Part shown: one piece after another, positions 63,143 through 64,000 of the stretch
Position numbering within the stretch: position 1 is the first letter of the stretch
Layout of the letters: each line of letters starts with the position of its first letter
Source of the DNA: Octopus sinensis
Taxonomy: Eukaryota
DNA: 64,000 nt
Direction of reading: 5' to 3'
NCBI RefSeq assembly: GCF_006345805.1
Contig: NC_043007.1
Coordinates: 434,001-498,000 of the forward strand
The notes under the pieces: generated by a model
What the model was told of the DNA's origin: nothing
The model's database searches: none
The model's input: the letters and a program-made list of their open reading frames with translations, nothing else
Position numbers and translations under genes: made by a program

Positions 63143-63950
63143 CCTAGTGTAGGGGAGGTGCGACGACGCTCTCGGACAGAATCTGTGCGTCGACGAGGAA
63201 CACCTGACCCGCCTGTTCAGGAAACTTTCGGGCCGGGACCCATGGACATCTCCAAAGATCCCTGGCCTGGTTGTGCTATCGAGAAGCATTACCTGTTCGG
63301 GATAAGCTCCATCTATTTATCAGTCTATTTATCTGTCTATGTATCTGTCTGTCTGTCTCGCTCTCAATCTATCTATGTATCCATCCATCTATACATCCAT
63401 CCATCCATCTGTCCGTCTGGGACGAGTCCGCCTGTCGGCCGAATCTGTTGGAATAGTTGCTCCGCCACCTTCCCTCAACCGGGAAGGCAAGGCAGTCTTC
63501 ATCGTACTGGTGGCCATGGTGAAAGAATGTGTGTGGTGGACTCGAACGAAAGGATTAGAGACAAACACCTCTCTGGCCAATCGCTCATCAACTTTTTCAA
63601 GTACCACTTGTAAAGGAAGGTGAGAATAGAGAGACATGTTTTGTCTATTGAAAGTTTCAAAAAAAGGTGAGTGAATGTAGCAAAGATTGTACGTGCGAGT
63701 GATGAAACGACTTTGAGCATGATCCTGTAAATCGAAAAAAGATACAGAGCACTTTGCACTCATGTGTTTATTCCCTCCTTGCATGAGGTTACCGTGGTCT
63801 TTTCCGTAGGCTTTTCTTTCTACGGATAAACCTAATCTTACTTTTTACATTTTTAAAACTCTTCTGTGATGCATAATCCCTTTTGATCGCCTTTTAAAAA
63901 TATATTCGATCCCTTTTGATCGAAATTTTACTATCTTTCTTAATTTTCTT
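63143..63950 (+). mobile_element. L1/Tx1-clade LINE ORF2 C-terminus plus 3' UTR, interrupted by an (ATCT)n tract
   Basis: GC-rich fragments translate to DEEHLTRLFR.TFGPGPMD..QRSLAWLCYREALPVRDKL and RLGRVRLSAESV..PPPSLNREGKAVFIVLVAMVKECVWWTR.KGL, the W..LP zf-RVT-adjacent region. The clade call is from motif recollection. Confidence 0.65.
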
Positions 63951-64000
63951 TTTCATGTATGGTTCGAGTATTCGTGTATGTATGGGAATGTGCGTGCCAA

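Overview
AT-rich, microsatellite-saturated eukaryotic non-coding DNA. The repeat families (tRNA-headed SINEs, RTE, R4/Dong, L1-Tx1, mariner) look like those of an Octopus/coleoid cephalopod genome; this is an inference from recognising the families, not from a search. No host protein-coding exon could be supported, so the window is probably intergenic or a very large intron. Nearly all ORFs in the supplied track are microsatellite artefacts. Supported content: four to five tRNA-derived SINE families in many copies, three RTE LINE fragments, four R4/Dong-type LINE fragments next to (TAA)n tracts, an L1-Tx1 3' end and a probable ORF1 fragment, a full-length decayed mariner with TIRs and TA duplication nested in a Dong element, a maT/DD37D transposase fragment, two Helentron-type non-autonomous elements, a decayed initiator tRNA-Met gene, a perfect 185-bp-arm palindrome, and a 100-N gap. 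The most notable signal is a set of minimal type-I hammerhead ribozyme (HHR) motifs of the Penelope-like-element (PLE) kind, from at least seven sequence-unrelated families. Three have a complete canonical core (3804-3865 +, 20575-20620 +, 44472-44547 -); others carry recurrent core variants (CCGANGA, CUGUUGA). Most sit in short fold-back elements with one HHR per strand, always pointing outward. PLE-associated minimal HHRs are a known class; the density, variant cores and shared fold-back geometry here are what deserve testing. Coordinates of degenerate repeats are approximate.
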